IMG/VR virus record: IMGVR_UViG_3300028792_000007
Coordinates: 1-51,371 of that record
From: a virus
Lineage: Duplodnaviria > Caudoviricetes
DNA length: 51,371 nt
Reading direction: 5' to 3' (one strand)
Part shown: positions 35,451-45,980 of the stretch, piece after piece
Layout of the letters: each line of letters opens with the position of its first letter
Numbering within the stretch: position 1 is the stretch's first letter
Notes under the pieces: generated by a model
The model's database searches: none
Told to the model about the DNA's origin: nothing
What the model saw: only the letters and a program-made list of their open reading frames with translations
Translations under genes and position numbers: made by a program

Positions 35451-35731
35451 GCAAGACGTACCGCCTCGACGGCTACCGGGAGAAGGCGAAGCAGTCCGGC
35501 AAGGAGCCGTTCGTGCTCGAGGTCGGCGACGACGACAACATCGTCATCGCACGCCCCACCGGTCGTCAGATGATGGAGCTCGAGACCGCGACCTCCTCGC
35601 GGCAGGTCATGGAGGTCCTGTGCGGTGCCGAGGTGGCCGACCGGCTCATCGAGCTGGTCGGTAACGACGACGCCGACGTGCTCGCCTCCATCGGTGACGA
35701 CATCCGGGCCCACTTCGGTCTCGGCGCCTGA
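35447..35731 (+). CDS. Tail assembly chaperone (G)
   Basis: Position between major tail and tape measure; EPFVL...I..PTG..M...AHFG. Confidence 0.8.
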   Translation: MSKTYRLDGYREKAKQSGKEPFVLEVGDDDNIVIARPTGRQMMELETATSSRQVMEVLCGAEVADRLIELVGNDDADVLASIGDDIRAHFGLGA

Positions 35732-35746
35732 CCCCATCCGCGCGCA

Positions 35747-35779
35747 GTGGTGACCACCCCTGACCGGGGTGGTCACCAC
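35747..35779 (+). promoter_or_regulatory. Perfect 14-bp hairpin between G and G'-T genes (attenuator or stability element)
   Basis: GTGGTGACCACCCC-TGACC-GGGGTGGTCACCAC; no U tract. Confidence 0.65.
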
Positions 35780-35796
35780 ACCGCAGACCCCATTCC

Positions 35797-36504
35797 ATGC
35801 CCGGCTACCTGGACAGGCTCGCGAACGACGCCACCAGGGCGCCGTTCGGGCTGCACATCGACGACACGACCACGATCGTCCTCCCGGCACCACCGGTCGA
35901 GGACCTCCTGGCCTACCCGGCCACCCGGCCACTGTCCGCCCGGACCCGGCTCCTGTTGGGTGAGCGCACCGACCTGGTGCTCGCGACGATCGGCGACGAC
36001 GACCACCAGGTCCTCGAGCTGCTCCTGGCCGACGTGCTCGCCCACCACGGCGGCGACCTTCCCCGTCTCGTGTGGCTGCTCGACCGGTACGGCGACCACA
36101 TCGAGGCTGACCTCCGTGCCCGCGGCATCGACGTGCTCGACCTGTGGCGAGGTCGCCTGTCACCGCGGGCGCTGCTCAACCAGATCGACCACCTGCCCCG
36201 CGACTCCTCCTACCAGGACGCGCTCGCCCAGGACGACGAGGTCGCCGAACGGATCATCGCGATCCCCGGGGACGGGAAACCAGCGACGCCGCGGCTGACC
36301 GAGTTCTCCCCGGTCGTTGAGGTCCTCGCCGTGCTCGTCGACCGGATGGGGGAGCTCATCCGGCTCACCTCGCAGGCACACGGCGGGAAGCCCGGCCCGA
36401 TGAAGCCGCACCCGCGGCCCGTCACCGCCGCCGACCGGGCGCGGGCCCGGCGCGCCATCCAGGACCTCGCCAGCCTCGAGGACGCCCTGTTCCCCGACAC
36501 CTGA
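35797..36504 (+). CDS. Genetically fused tail assembly chaperone G'-T
   Basis: N-terminal ~85 aa paralogous to 35447-35731; C-terminal LLDRYGDHIEADL..GIDVLDLWRG...IDHLPRDS...ALAQD...PRP resembles actinophage T (pre-TMP) domains. Confidence 0.75.
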   Translation: MPGYLDRLANDATRAPFGLHIDDTTTIVLPAPPVEDLLAYPATRPLSARTRLLLGERTDLVLATIGDDDHQVLELLLADVLAHHGGDLPRLVWLLDRYGDHIEADLRARGIDVLDLWRGRLSPRALLNQIDHLPRDSSYQDALAQDDEVAERIIAIPGDGKPATPRLTEFSPVVEVLAVLVDRMGELIRLTSQAHGGKPGPMKPHPRPVTAADRARARRAIQDLASLEDALFPDT

Positions 36505-36538
36505 CACCCCCCCGCACCTCCGATGAAGGGAGCACAGC

Positions 36539-39500
36539 ATGAGCTACAAGGCCGGTTCCGCCTTCATCGAGGTCGCACCCAGCTTCAAGGGCTTCCACGT
36601 CAAGGCCGCCCAGGAGGTCCAGAAGCTCCGCGCCATCAAGGTCCCCGTCGAGTTCGACACCAAGGGGTTCGCGCCCGTCAAGAAGCCGGTGCGGATCCCC
36701 GTCGACCTCGACGGGGGCTCCTTCCAGCGTCAGCTGCGGGAGAAGCTCGCCGCCGCGGCCGCGTCGCTCCCGCCGCTCGAGATCGGGGTCGCAACCACGG
36801 CCGCCGAGCAGAAGGTGCGGGACCTGCAGGCCCAGATCCGGGACCTGGCCGGGAAGAAGGTCGGCGTCGAGATCTCCGACGTCGCCGCGCTCGAGCAGGT
36901 CAACGCGATCAAGCGGGACCTCGAGCAGCTCGGCGCGATGTCCCCCTCGATCCAGGTGCGCACCGATGCCGCCGCCGCCGTCATCCAGCTCGAGGCCGTC
37001 CAGGCGATGGTCGACAAGCTCGCCCTGGACTCCCCCGACGTGCACGTCGACGCGAACACCGCCGCCGCGACCACGAAGCTGGACCTGCTCGAGGCGAAGC
37101 TGCGGGGCATGTCCGGTGGCTCCTGGATCATGCGGGTCGGGGTCGTCGCCCTCCCGATGCTCGCCGCCGCCGGCGGTGCCGGGCTCGGGGCGCTCGGTGG
37201 TCTCGGGGCGCTCGCCGCCGGCGGGATCGGTGGCGCGGTCCTCGGCGCCGGCCTCGGGATCGCGGCCGTGAAGGGCGCGTCCGGGCTGCAGAAGAAGATC
37301 ACCCAGGCCGACAAGACCCGGGCCACCGCGGCCGCCGCCGTCGGCACCGCCCGCCACGGTGTCGCGTCTGCGCAGGCCGGTGCCGCCGCCACCCACGTGT
37401 CCGGGGCCCAGGCGGTCGGCGACGCGCACCGTGCCGTCACCGGTGCCCGCCGCAACGGCGCCCGGGCAGTGGAGGCCGCCGAACGGTCCCTGGGGAACGC
37501 GGAGAAGCAGGTCACCCGGGCTATGTCCGGTCTGCACACCGCCCGCCAGCAGGCCATCCGGGACCTCGAGACGCTCCGTGCGGCGACCCTCGCGGACCTC
37601 CTCGCGGTCCGGGCTGCACAGATGAGCGCGACCGACGCGGAGCGGCACCTGGCCGACGTGCAGGCCAACGTGTTCTCCACCAGCGACGACATCGCCCGCG
37701 CCCGCCTGGCCGCGGCTCAGGCCGAGCAGAAGCTGTCCGACGCCCGCCGCAAGTCCACGAACGACGCCCAGGACCTCGCAAAGGCCGAGAAGGCCGGGAT
37801 CGCCGGCAACCCGGCCGTGAAGGCTGCCCGCGACCAGGTCACGCAGGCCCGGGAGCAGGCCGCCCAGGCGCGCCTGCAGCTGCACCGTGCCCGCGGGGAT
37901 GCCGCCCGGTCGGTCGCCGACGCGGAGCGGAACCTGTCCCGGGCCCGGGCCGACGCGGCCCGGGCGGACGCCCAAGCGGCCGCCCAGGTCGCGCAGGCCC
38001 GCGCCGTTGAGACCGCCGCCGAGCAGAAGCTCACCACCGCGACGCAGGCCCGGGCGACCCTGCTCGCCCAGATGACCCCGATGCAGCAGAAGGCGCTGGC
38101 CGCGCTGACCGGACTGCACACGGCGTGGCGCGGGTTCATGAAGTCGATCGAGTCACCGCTGCTCGGCGCCATGATCACCGGGATGGGTGCCCTGGAGAAG
38201 ATCTTCCGGCCCCTGTCGGTGTTCGTCCGCCCGGTCGCCCGCGCCCTCGGGTACGTGTTCGGGCTGTTCGGGGACGCCGCCGCCACCAAGGGCGCCACGT
38301 CGTTCGCGCACACCATGGGTGTCTTCTCCGGGAAGATGATCCGTCAGGGCGGGAAGGCGTTGCTGAACTTCGCCATCGGGATGGGGAACCTCCTGGCGGC
38401 GTTCATCCCGGTCGCTAGTTCCATGTCGTCGTGGCTGCTGCGGCTCTCCGGCCGGTTCAAGAACTGGTCGAAGCACCTCGGCAAGGATGGCGCGTTCCAG
38501 AGGTTCATCGCGTTCGTGAAGACCAACGGCCCAGTCATCGGGCACGCCCTCGGGCAGGTGTGGTCCGCGATCGTGCAGCTCGGGATCGCGCTCGCCCCGC
38601 TCGGCGTGTGGCTGTTCAAGGCCCTCGGTGCGTTCGCCGGCTGGGTCGCACAGACCGCGAAGGCGCACCCGCTGCTGATCCGCATCGTCGGTGTAGTCGC
38701 GCTGCTGCTGGTCGCGTTCACCACGATCATGGGCCCGATCGGCGCGTTCATCGGCGCGATCAGTGTGGTCGTCGACATCGTCGTCGCCCTCGGGATCGCC
38801 GGGTCCCTCATCGTCGGCGCGTTCATCGCGATCGGCGCCGCCCTGGTGATCCTGTACTTCAAGTGGAAGCCGTTCCACAAGTTCGTCAACTGGTCTCTCG
38901 GGCTCATCAAGGACCAGGCGCTCGCCCTGTGGGGTGCGTTCAAGATGACGCTGAAGGGCATCGCCTGGGTGTTCACCCACGTGCTGTGGCCGGTCATCAA
39001 GTTCTGCTGGGACCATGTCGTCAAGCCCATCTTCGGGTGGATCGGTGACGGGCTCAGCACGCTCGGGAAGGCGTTCGGGAAGTTCGGAACCCTCGTGAAG
39101 GGCGTCTGGAACACCATCTGGGACACCGCCCGCTACATCGCCCTCGAGATCGTCGACAAGGTTGCCTGGATGGCCGACAAGCTCCTCGGGGTGCTCGGGA
39201 AGATCCCCGGGAAGATCGGTCAGCCGTTCCGCGACGCCCAGGCACAGGTGAAGGCGTTCCGGGTCGGGGTGAACAAGGAGCTCGACGCGATCCGCGACGA
39301 GAAGGTCAACATCAGCCTGAACACCATCACGATCCGCAACGCCCAGAACAAGGTCGACCACCAGCTGACCCGCGGGAAGGGCCAGTACTTGGGCGGCAAG
39401 GGCCCGATCCCGTTCACCCACACCAGCAACCGGCCCGCCGCGGTCGGTGGCGGCGGACCCGGGATCATGCCGCACGTGTCCGCGTCCCTGGCGCCGGCGC

Positions 39501-40309
39501 ACCGGTTCGCGACCACCACTCAGGCACAGGCCGCGAAGCTCGCACGGGTCGAGGCGAAGGCCGCGCAGGCGCGGATGCGGCGCCGGCAGGCCAACGGCCA
39601 GGTCCCCACTGACGCCGCCGCCCCCGCAGCGTCCGGTGCCTACGGGCGGCCGGTGAAGGACTACCGGGTCACCGCGACCTGGCAGTCCTACCCCGGCCAC
39701 ACCGGCATCGACCTCGCCGCCCCGATGGGCACCCCCGTGTTCTCGGCCGGCGCCGGCCGGATCATCAAGTCCTACGACCTGCCCGGCTCCAACGCCTACA
39801 ACTCGACGCCGTTCCGCTCCTACGGCCGGGTCGTCGAGATCGCCCACCCCGGCGGGTTCTCCACCCTGTACGCCCACCTGTCGCAGCGCCTCGGCCGGGT
39901 CGGACAGACGGTGGGCCGTGGTGCCCTGATCGGCACCGTCGGGATGAACGGCAACGCGACCGGTCCGCACCTGCACTTCGAGACCCGACCCGGTGGGCAC
40001 CCGGTCAACCCGGCCCCGTTCATGGCCGCCCGCGGTCTGCAGTTCGACCGGGGCGGCGAGCTCCCGCAGGGACTCACGATGGCCTACCACGGGCCCAGCA
40101 GGCCCGACAAGGTCCTCACCGACGCCCAGTTCCGCGACATGCACACCCTCGCGGCCCGTGCTGGCTCCGCCGGGCCAGCGACGTTCGTGCTGTACGACGC
40201 CGACAACCAGCTCATCGGATCCATGCGCGGCATCGCCGCCGGCACCGTCGACGGCGCCCGCCGAGTCACCGACACCCGCCAGCGCGCCGGGATGAAGGGC
40301 AGCCAGTGA
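36539..40309 (+). CDS. Tape measure protein with C-terminal M23 peptidase
   Basis: 1256 aa; YKAGSAFIEVAPSF start, Ala-rich coiled coil, hydrophobic segments; HTGIDL...YAHL...GPHLHFE. Confidence 0.92.
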   Translation: MSYKAGSAFIEVAPSFKGFHVKAAQEVQKLRAIKVPVEFDTKGFAPVKKPVRIPVDLDGGSFQRQLREKLAAAAASLPPLEIGVATTAAEQKVRDLQAQIRDLAGKKVGVEISDVAALEQVNAIKRDLEQLGAMSPSIQVRTDAAAAVIQLEAVQAMVDKLALDSPDVHVDANTAAATTKLDLLEAKLRGMSGGSWIMRVGVVALPMLAAAGGAGLGALGGLGALAAGGIGGAVLGAGLGIAAVKGASGLQKKITQADKTRATAAAAVGTARHGVASAQAGAAATHVSGAQAVGDAHRAVTGARRNGARAVEAAERSLGNAEKQVTRAMSGLHTARQQAIRDLETLRAATLADLLAVRAAQMSATDAERHLADVQANVFSTSDDIARARLAAAQAEQKLSDARRKSTNDAQDLAKAEKAGIAGNPAVKAARDQVTQAREQAAQARLQLHRARGDAARSVADAERNLSRARADAARADAQAAAQVAQARAVETAAEQKLTTATQARATLLAQMTPMQQKALAALTGLHTAWRGFMKSIESPLLGAMITGMGALEKIFRPLSVFVRPVARALGYVFGLFGDAAATKGATSFAHTMGVFSGKMIRQGGKALLNFAIGMGNLLAAFIPVASSMSSWLLRLSGRFKNWSKHLGKDGAFQRFIAFVKTNGPVIGHALGQVWSAIVQLGIALAPLGVWLFKALGAFAGWVAQTAKAHPLLIRIVGVVALLLVAFTTIMGPIGAFIGAISVVVDIVVALGIAGSLIVGAFIAIGAALVILYFKWKPFHKFVNWSLGLIKDQALALWGAFKMTLKGIAWVFTHVLWPVIKFCWDHVVKPIFGWIGDGLSTLGKAFGKFGTLVKGVWNTIWDTARYIALEIVDKVAWMADKLLGVLGKIPGKIGQPFRDAQAQVKAFRVGVNKELDAIRDEKVNISLNTITIRNAQNKVDHQLTRGKGQYLGGKGPIPFTHTSNRPAAVGGGGPGIMPHVSASLAPAHRFATTTQAQAAKLARVEAKAAQARMRRRQANGQVPTDAAAPAASGAYGRPVKDYRVTATWQSYPGHTGIDLAAPMGTPVFSAGAGRIIKSYDLPGSNAYNSTPFRSYGRVVEIAHPGGFSTLYAHLSQRLGRVGQTVGRGALIGTVGMNGNATGPHLHFETRPGGHPVNPAPFMAARGLQFDRGGELPQGLTMAYHGPSRPDKVLTDAQFRDMHTLAARAGSAGPATFVLYDADNQLIGSMRGIAAGTVDGARRVTDTRQRAGMKGSQ

Positions 40310-42156
40310 CCACGACCAAGACGGTCCGCTCCGGCTACGACGCCTGGGTCGACACCGCCCACCCGGCCAAGCCCCACGGCCGGAACCCGTTCCTGCGGAT
40401 GAAGACCGGCGCGGAGTACGCGTTCGTCTACCTGCGGAACCCCGCCCCGCGGGGCACCACTATCGTGTCCGCGACCCTGCAGCTGCACGCTCACGGCGCC
40501 TCGACCGGCAGCCGCACCCTGACCGCGCGCCGTGCCGCCGGGCACTGGGACGACGACACGGTCACCTTCAACCGGATGCCCGGTGTCACCGGCACCAGCC
40601 AGCCCACCGCGGCCCTCGGGACGGTCGCCGACGGCGACCTGATCGAGTTCGACGTGACCGCGCACCTGCAGAAGGTCACCAGTGGCAAGTCCCGCTGGTA
40701 CGGGTGGCGGATCCAGACCGACGCGACGGCCGAGCACTCGGTCTACGGGTTCAACGCCGGCAAGTACATGCCCCGCCTGATCGTGCAGTTCACCTACAAG
40801 CCGGACTTCGCGAACAACCTGCGGCCCTCCGGTGGTGCCGTGTCGCTGGCGAAGCCGACGTTGAGCTACGACTTCCACGACATCTCCGGGAAGATCGACC
40901 TGGTCTCGCACCGGGTGCAGCTCGACCCGACCGGCAACTGGACCAGCCCCGGGTTCGACTCCGGTGAGCTCGGCGCCGTCGACGGCCCGGTCCTCGACCT
41001 GAACGACACCAGCTACTCGGGCCTCGCCGACGGGGCGTCCACCCAGTGGCGGGTCATCGTGAAGGGCTCCGACGGCGTCTGGTCCGACTGGTCCGACCCC
41101 GCCACGTTCTCCCGGCACGCCCAGGGCCCGCTGGCGATCACGTCACCGGCGACCAGCCCCGGGGACCTGGTCACCGAGCCCACCCCCACCATCGTGTGGT
41201 CGTTCGCGAACCAGGCCGCCTACCAGGTCATCGTCACCTCGGCCACCAACCACGCGAAGGTCCTCTTCGACTCCGGGAAGCAGCGTGGCACCGACCAGAC
41301 GTTCACGCTCCCGAAGGGCATCCTCACCACCCCATCGGGCCGCTACTCGCTGCTGGTGCGCTGTTGGGACACCACCGTGCGAGTGACGACCACCGGCGAC
41401 CCGATCTACCGGCAGCTGCGTCGCGACTTCACGTTCACCTACGACGCGACCCCGAACCCGGTCACCGCCCTGAGCGTGGCCCGGCCGGACGCGGCGCCGC
41501 GGCTCCGGCTCACCTGGACCCGGTCGTCGACGCCGGACTCCTACGTCATCGAACGCGACGGGGTCGTCATCGACGCCGACCTCACCGACTTGCTGATCTC
41601 CGGGACGACGTACTCCTTCGACGACTGGACCGCCACCGCCGGCGTCAACCACGACTACCGGGTGCGGCCCGTCGTCAACGGCAAGGCCTGCTCCAACAGC
41701 CCCGTCGTTACCGCGAAGTGGACGGCCTACTCGGTGTACCTGGCCGACCCCGACACCGGCGCCTGGTTCATGGTCCTCGGTGCACCCGGCGACACCTCCG
41801 GACCGTCGATCAACCTCGCCTACGGGGAGGACGCCGACGTCACCACCCGGGCCGGCCAGTACCCGGTCCGGAAGATCACCGCCATGCGAGGCCTCGAAGG
41901 CGACGTCTCCGGGATGCTCATCCAGAACGACTGGGACCCCCGAACCCTCGACGACCAGGTCGCCGACGTGCTCACCATCAAGGGCCGCACCGCGGTGGTC
42001 ACCTGCCGGCTCGTCGTCGGCGGCCTGAACATCCCCGTGATCATCGGCAACGTCAACCCCGCCCCGTCCACGGAGTACCTCGAGGAGATCCCGTGCCGGG
42101 CCGTGTCGTTCTGGGTCGGCCAGAACGGCGAGATGCCGTTCAAGATCGAGGTCTGA
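40306..42156 (+). CDS. Minor tail protein (DNRLRE-like plus FN3-like domains)
   Basis: DAWVD...IVSATLQLH...W..TVTFN; WRV...WSDWS; directly after the TMP. Confidence 0.75.
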   Translation: MTTTKTVRSGYDAWVDTAHPAKPHGRNPFLRMKTGAEYAFVYLRNPAPRGTTIVSATLQLHAHGASTGSRTLTARRAAGHWDDDTVTFNRMPGVTGTSQPTAALGTVADGDLIEFDVTAHLQKVTSGKSRWYGWRIQTDATAEHSVYGFNAGKYMPRLIVQFTYKPDFANNLRPSGGAVSLAKPTLSYDFHDISGKIDLVSHRVQLDPTGNWTSPGFDSGELGAVDGPVLDLNDTSYSGLADGASTQWRVIVKGSDGVWSDWSDPATFSRHAQGPLAITSPATSPGDLVTEPTPTIVWSFANQAAYQVIVTSATNHAKVLFDSGKQRGTDQTFTLPKGILTTPSGRYSLLVRCWDTTVRVTTTGDPIYRQLRRDFTFTYDATPNPVTALSVARPDAAPRLRLTWTRSSTPDSYVIERDGVVIDADLTDLLISGTTYSFDDWTATAGVNHDYRVRPVVNGKACSNSPVVTAKWTAYSVYLADPDTGAWFMVLGAPGDTSGPSINLAYGEDADVTTRAGQYPVRKITAMRGLEGDVSGMLIQNDWDPRTLDDQVADVLTIKGRTAVVTCRLVVGGLNIPVIIGNVNPAPSTEYLEEIPCRAVSFWVGQNGEMPFKIEV

Positions 42157-42160
42157 GCCG

Positions 42161-43303
42161 ATGCCGGTCGACTTCGGGCTCAACCCCGCCCAGATGCTGG
42201 AGTGGCAGGACCTGCAGCGGGGCAGCGGGAAGGTCACCACCACCGTCGACGTCACCGACCTCGCCGGGAACCACCTCGGGTCCCTGTCCGACCTCGCCGT
42301 CCACGGGAAGCTCCTCGTGGACCGGCGCGCCAGACGTTCCACCCGGGCCCTCGCTCTGACCATGGCCGACCCGAACGGGATCGTCGCGTTCTCCACCGAC
42401 ACCCCGTCACGGACCGCACTCGGGTTCAACCGGATGCTCGAGGTCGCGGTCGAGACGTACCTGCCGTCCCTCGGGGAGACGGTGCGGTGCCCCATCTTCA
42501 CTGGCCCGGTCACCGGCCACCGCCGCGACGGCCGCACCATCCGGGTCGAGGGGCACGGCAAGGAGATCCTCGGCCTCGACGAGCTGTGCGACACGCTCAC
42601 CGTGAAGGCCACCACCCCGGTCACGGACGCGATCGCCACCATCATGACCAAGGCCGGGGAGACCCGGTTCGCGCTCCCCGACCTGCCCGACCGGCTTCCC
42701 GTCACCATGAGCCTCGGCCCCCACGACCGGCCCTTCCATGCCGCCCAGATGCTCGCCCGGTCCATCGGCCGCGAGCTCTACTACCGCCCCGACGGGTTCC
42801 TCGCCCTCCGGCAGCTGTCCACGGTCCCGACCTACACGTTCCGGGCCGACGACACCGGCGAGGTCAACGCCGGCAGCGTCCGCACCTGGGACACCCTCGA
42901 CGGGTTCTTCAACGCCGTAGAGGTCACCGGTGCACCACCGCGTGGCCCGAAGAAGCAGGTGTGGCGCCGCGTCGAGGTCCCCATCGGGCACGACCTGGCC
43001 CCCGGCGACCTCGGCCGCCGGATCCCGCACCGCGTCCACAACCGGTACATCGCCACGAACACGATGGCCGAACGGATCGGCCGCCAGGACCTCGACGAGG
43101 CACTCCTCGCCGTCACCCGGGTCCGGTTCGACGCGACCCCGGTCTGGCACGCCCTCGAGGGAGACATGGTGCAGCTCGACAGCGATGACCTGCTCATCCC
43201 GTTCCGGCTCGACAAGTTCGCGCACTCGATCGGCACCGCCGGCCGCCACGTCATGACCGTCGGGGTGCACACCGACACCGCCCCCCTGGAGGTCGTGCAG
43301 TGA
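42161..43303 (+). CDS. Minor tail protein (baseplate hub-like)
   Basis: Position; LYYRPDG, FFNAVEVTG, ALEGDMV. Confidence 0.75.
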   Translation: MPVDFGLNPAQMLEWQDLQRGSGKVTTTVDVTDLAGNHLGSLSDLAVHGKLLVDRRARRSTRALALTMADPNGIVAFSTDTPSRTALGFNRMLEVAVETYLPSLGETVRCPIFTGPVTGHRRDGRTIRVEGHGKEILGLDELCDTLTVKATTPVTDAIATIMTKAGETRFALPDLPDRLPVTMSLGPHDRPFHAAQMLARSIGRELYYRPDGFLALRQLSTVPTYTFRADDTGEVNAGSVRTWDTLDGFFNAVEVTGAPPRGPKKQVWRRVEVPIGHDLAPGDLGRRIPHRVHNRYIATNTMAERIGRQDLDEALLAVTRVRFDATPVWHALEGDMVQLDSDDLLIPFRLDKFAHSIGTAGRHVMTVGVHTDTAPLEVVQ

Positions 43304-44610
43304 CGACCTACCATGGCCGCGTCCAGACCGTCACCCAGCGACGGCTCGGCTCCACCCTCACCGCCGACGTCGCCGCCGGAGCGGTCACCACCCTGCCCGT
43401 GTTCTCCGCGGACGCGTTCGACGACGACGGCGGGTCGGTGTCGGTCAACGGGCAGGTCCTGCTCTACACCGGCGCGAACGCCTCCACGAGCACGGTGACC
43501 CTGGCCGCCGGCATGACCCTCACCTCAGCCGCCAGCGAGGGCGACGGCGTGTTCCTCTACGACACGAACCGCGGCATGGTCGCGATCGAACGTCTCGCCG
43601 GTGTCCTGCTCACCGACAGTGATGAGGCCACCGACCCGGTCGAAGCCGAGGTGGCACAAGCCCTGTCACGCCAGCTGCCGCTCGGGCAGCGCGGCGACGA
43701 CGGTGAGGCGGTCCTGGTCTCTCACGACCGCGGTGCCTGGAGAGTCGTTGACGTCACCGGCGCCGGCGACGACGGGTCGGTCGGGATCCAGTTCGAGGCC
43801 GACGACTTCCACGTCATCACCGCTGGAGAGGTGGCGGCAGGGACGGTGACGTTCTCGCTGTCGCACCGCCCGGCCCTAGAGTCGCTGGTCGCGTTCTGGC
43901 GTCGCACACCGCAGGAGCCGACCGAGTACACGGTCGACTACGACGCCCAGACGATCACGTGGCCGCTGTCGGGGTTCGAGAAGGCCGGCGACCAGCTCTG
44001 GGTTCACTATGCCTACCTCAAGGGCTTGCGCAGTGGACAGATCCAGGTCGTCGACACCACGACCGCGAAACTCAATGCCAACGGCACCAGCCTCAACGTC
44101 CCCATCAGCTCGAGCATCCAGGCCGGCGACCTCCTCGTCCTGGCGTGCGGCCGCGCAGACGCACCCTCGGTCACCTCGGGTTGGACACTCATCGACCGGG
44201 TAACCCCGGCCGCGACCGGGTCCCTGTCCGTATACAGCAAGATCTGTGACGGCACCGAGACCCAGGTGACCATGACGGGCCCGACGGACCTGTACGCCGG
44301 TGTCGTTGTGGTGCTCCGCAACGCCACCAGCGTGGCCTCTTCGAGCAGCCAGGCTGTGCCCGCCGGTTCCACCTACACGCCCCCCACGATCGGAGGGGAC
44401 CTCACCCTCGCGTTCGTGCTGTTCGACGGCAGCAACAGTGGCTCCACGGGTGAGTACATCGCCAGCATCGACGGCCAGGTCATTGCCAACCTCAACATCG
44501 GCTCGGGCATCTGGGGGCTCGGCGCTGCCGAAGGTCCGGCAACCTTCCACGGCTCGCTCGCTGACGGGACAACCCGGTGGCTCGGCATCTCGGTAGGAGC
44601 ATCCGCATGA
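43300..44610 (+). CDS. Minor tail/tail fibre protein
   Basis: Thr/Gly/Ala-rich; TLTADVAAG, AGDLLVL...SGWTL. Confidence 0.7.
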   Translation: MTTYHGRVQTVTQRRLGSTLTADVAAGAVTTLPVFSADAFDDDGGSVSVNGQVLLYTGANASTSTVTLAAGMTLTSAASEGDGVFLYDTNRGMVAIERLAGVLLTDSDEATDPVEAEVAQALSRQLPLGQRGDDGEAVLVSHDRGAWRVVDVTGAGDDGSVGIQFEADDFHVITAGEVAAGTVTFSLSHRPALESLVAFWRRTPQEPTEYTVDYDAQTITWPLSGFEKAGDQLWVHYAYLKGLRSGQIQVVDTTTAKLNANGTSLNVPISSSIQAGDLLVLACGRADAPSVTSGWTLIDRVTPAATGSLSVYSKICDGTETQVTMTGPTDLYAGVVVVLRNATSVASSSSQAVPAGSTYTPPTIGGDLTLAFVLFDGSNSGSTGEYIASIDGQVIANLNIGSGIWGLGAAEGPATFHGSLADGTTRWLGISVGASA

Positions 44611-45974
44611 CTCAGCGCAGCAAGGTCTACGAGCTGGACCCCGAAGGGGCAGCCGACGGGCACGGCATAGTCGTCAAGTCGGGCGCTTTCACGGTCGGCC
44701 CGCTCGCCGGCGACGGGGCCGGCGGGGACGGCACCGGGTATCACGGCGAGGCGTCCCTCGTGGACTACATCCCCAGCGGGACTGTCGTCCCCGTGGACAC
44801 CACGTCCGCCAACCACATCGCCTTCCCTGCCGCCATCACGCTGCGGTCCGGCAAGCACCTCACCGTCTACCGCACAGCGCTCACCCATGCCGCCGAGAAC
44901 ACCTCGAAGATGCGGTGCAAGACGTCCACGGACGACGGACAGACCTGGTCCGCGCCGGTCATCGCACTCGACACGCCCTACGACGACGGCGGCAACATCG
45001 GCGTCACCCAAGCCCACGACGACACCGTGGTCGCCGTCGCCGTCGTCTGCCCAGGACCGATCTCCGCAGCCGACGGCTGGTACTCCGTCGCCGTCCGCTC
45101 CACCGACGAAGGCGCCACCTGGTCCGCACCGATCACCATCAACGCCGGCTACACCGCCCGATCCATCGCAGCCAACGCGGTCACCCTCCCGAACGGCGAC
45201 ATCCTGTGCGCCATGTTCGGCCGCGACTCCGGTGTCAACGACACCTACGCCGTGGTCGCCGCCTCCAGCGACGGCGGCCTCACCTGGGCACGCCGCGGTG
45301 TCGTCGCCCACACCACCACCGACGACTTCAACGAGCCCTGCATCCAGGTGATGCCCGACGGTGAGCTGCTGTGCTTCATCCGCAACCTCACCCACGCCGG
45401 GGTGAACCAGATCATCCTGTCCCGGTCCATCGACGGCGGCGCCACCTGGACCACCCCGAGAGTGATCCTGAACCAGGCCAGCGGACTGCCGATCCCGCAC
45501 GTCACCCGCAACGGGCTGCTGGTGCTCGCCTACCGCGACATGGCCGGCGGCCTGTACGCCTGCCAGTGGGCCACCTCCGCGGACCGGGGCAACACCTGGG
45601 CGCTGCGCGGCGACTGGTCCGGGCAGGCGCCGCTCGGCTACGACTACGCCGGTTGGCTCGACCTCGCCGACGGCGACCTCGGCATCGTCTACAGCCTCGA
45701 GCCCGCCGACAGCTCCTACGCCGACCTGTACTACATGCGGTTCCGTCGCCAGCTCGCCGAGAAGCTGCCGCTGTCCCAGCTCGACACCACCAGCAGCACC
45801 ACCGGACAGGTCCCCACCAAACAGGCCGACGGCACCGTGGCCTGGGCGACACCCGCAACCGGTGGCAGCGGGTCGACCAGCGGCGCCGGGGAGCTGCTGA
45901 TGCAAGACGGCGTCACTGGGCCACCGGTGCCGCTGGAGACCGAGGCCAGGGACGACTGGCTCTACCAGGGATGA
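44607..45974 (+). CDS. BNR/Asp-box sialidase-family tail protein
   Basis: Five Asp boxes (STDDGQTW, STDEGATW, SSDGGLTW, SIDGGATW, SADRGNTW); AGGAG RBS. Confidence 0.85.
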   Translation: MTQRSKVYELDPEGAADGHGIVVKSGAFTVGPLAGDGAGGDGTGYHGEASLVDYIPSGTVVPVDTTSANHIAFPAAITLRSGKHLTVYRTALTHAAENTSKMRCKTSTDDGQTWSAPVIALDTPYDDGGNIGVTQAHDDTVVAVAVVCPGPISAADGWYSVAVRSTDEGATWSAPITINAGYTARSIAANAVTLPNGDILCAMFGRDSGVNDTYAVVAASSDGGLTWARRGVVAHTTTDDFNEPCIQVMPDGELLCFIRNLTHAGVNQIILSRSIDGGATWTTPRVILNQASGLPIPHVTRNGLLVLAYRDMAGGLYACQWATSADRGNTWALRGDWSGQAPLGYDYAGWLDLADGDLGIVYSLEPADSSYADLYYMRFRRQLAEKLPLSQLDTTSSTTGQVPTKQADGTVAWATPATGGSGSTSGAGELLMQDGVTGPPVPLETEARDDWLYQG

Positions 45975-45980
45975 GGAACC

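Noticed and set aside
35690-35800. Canonical G/GT programmed frameshift
   Set aside because: No slippery heptamer at the end of G, and a TGA at 35761 blocks the downstream frame.
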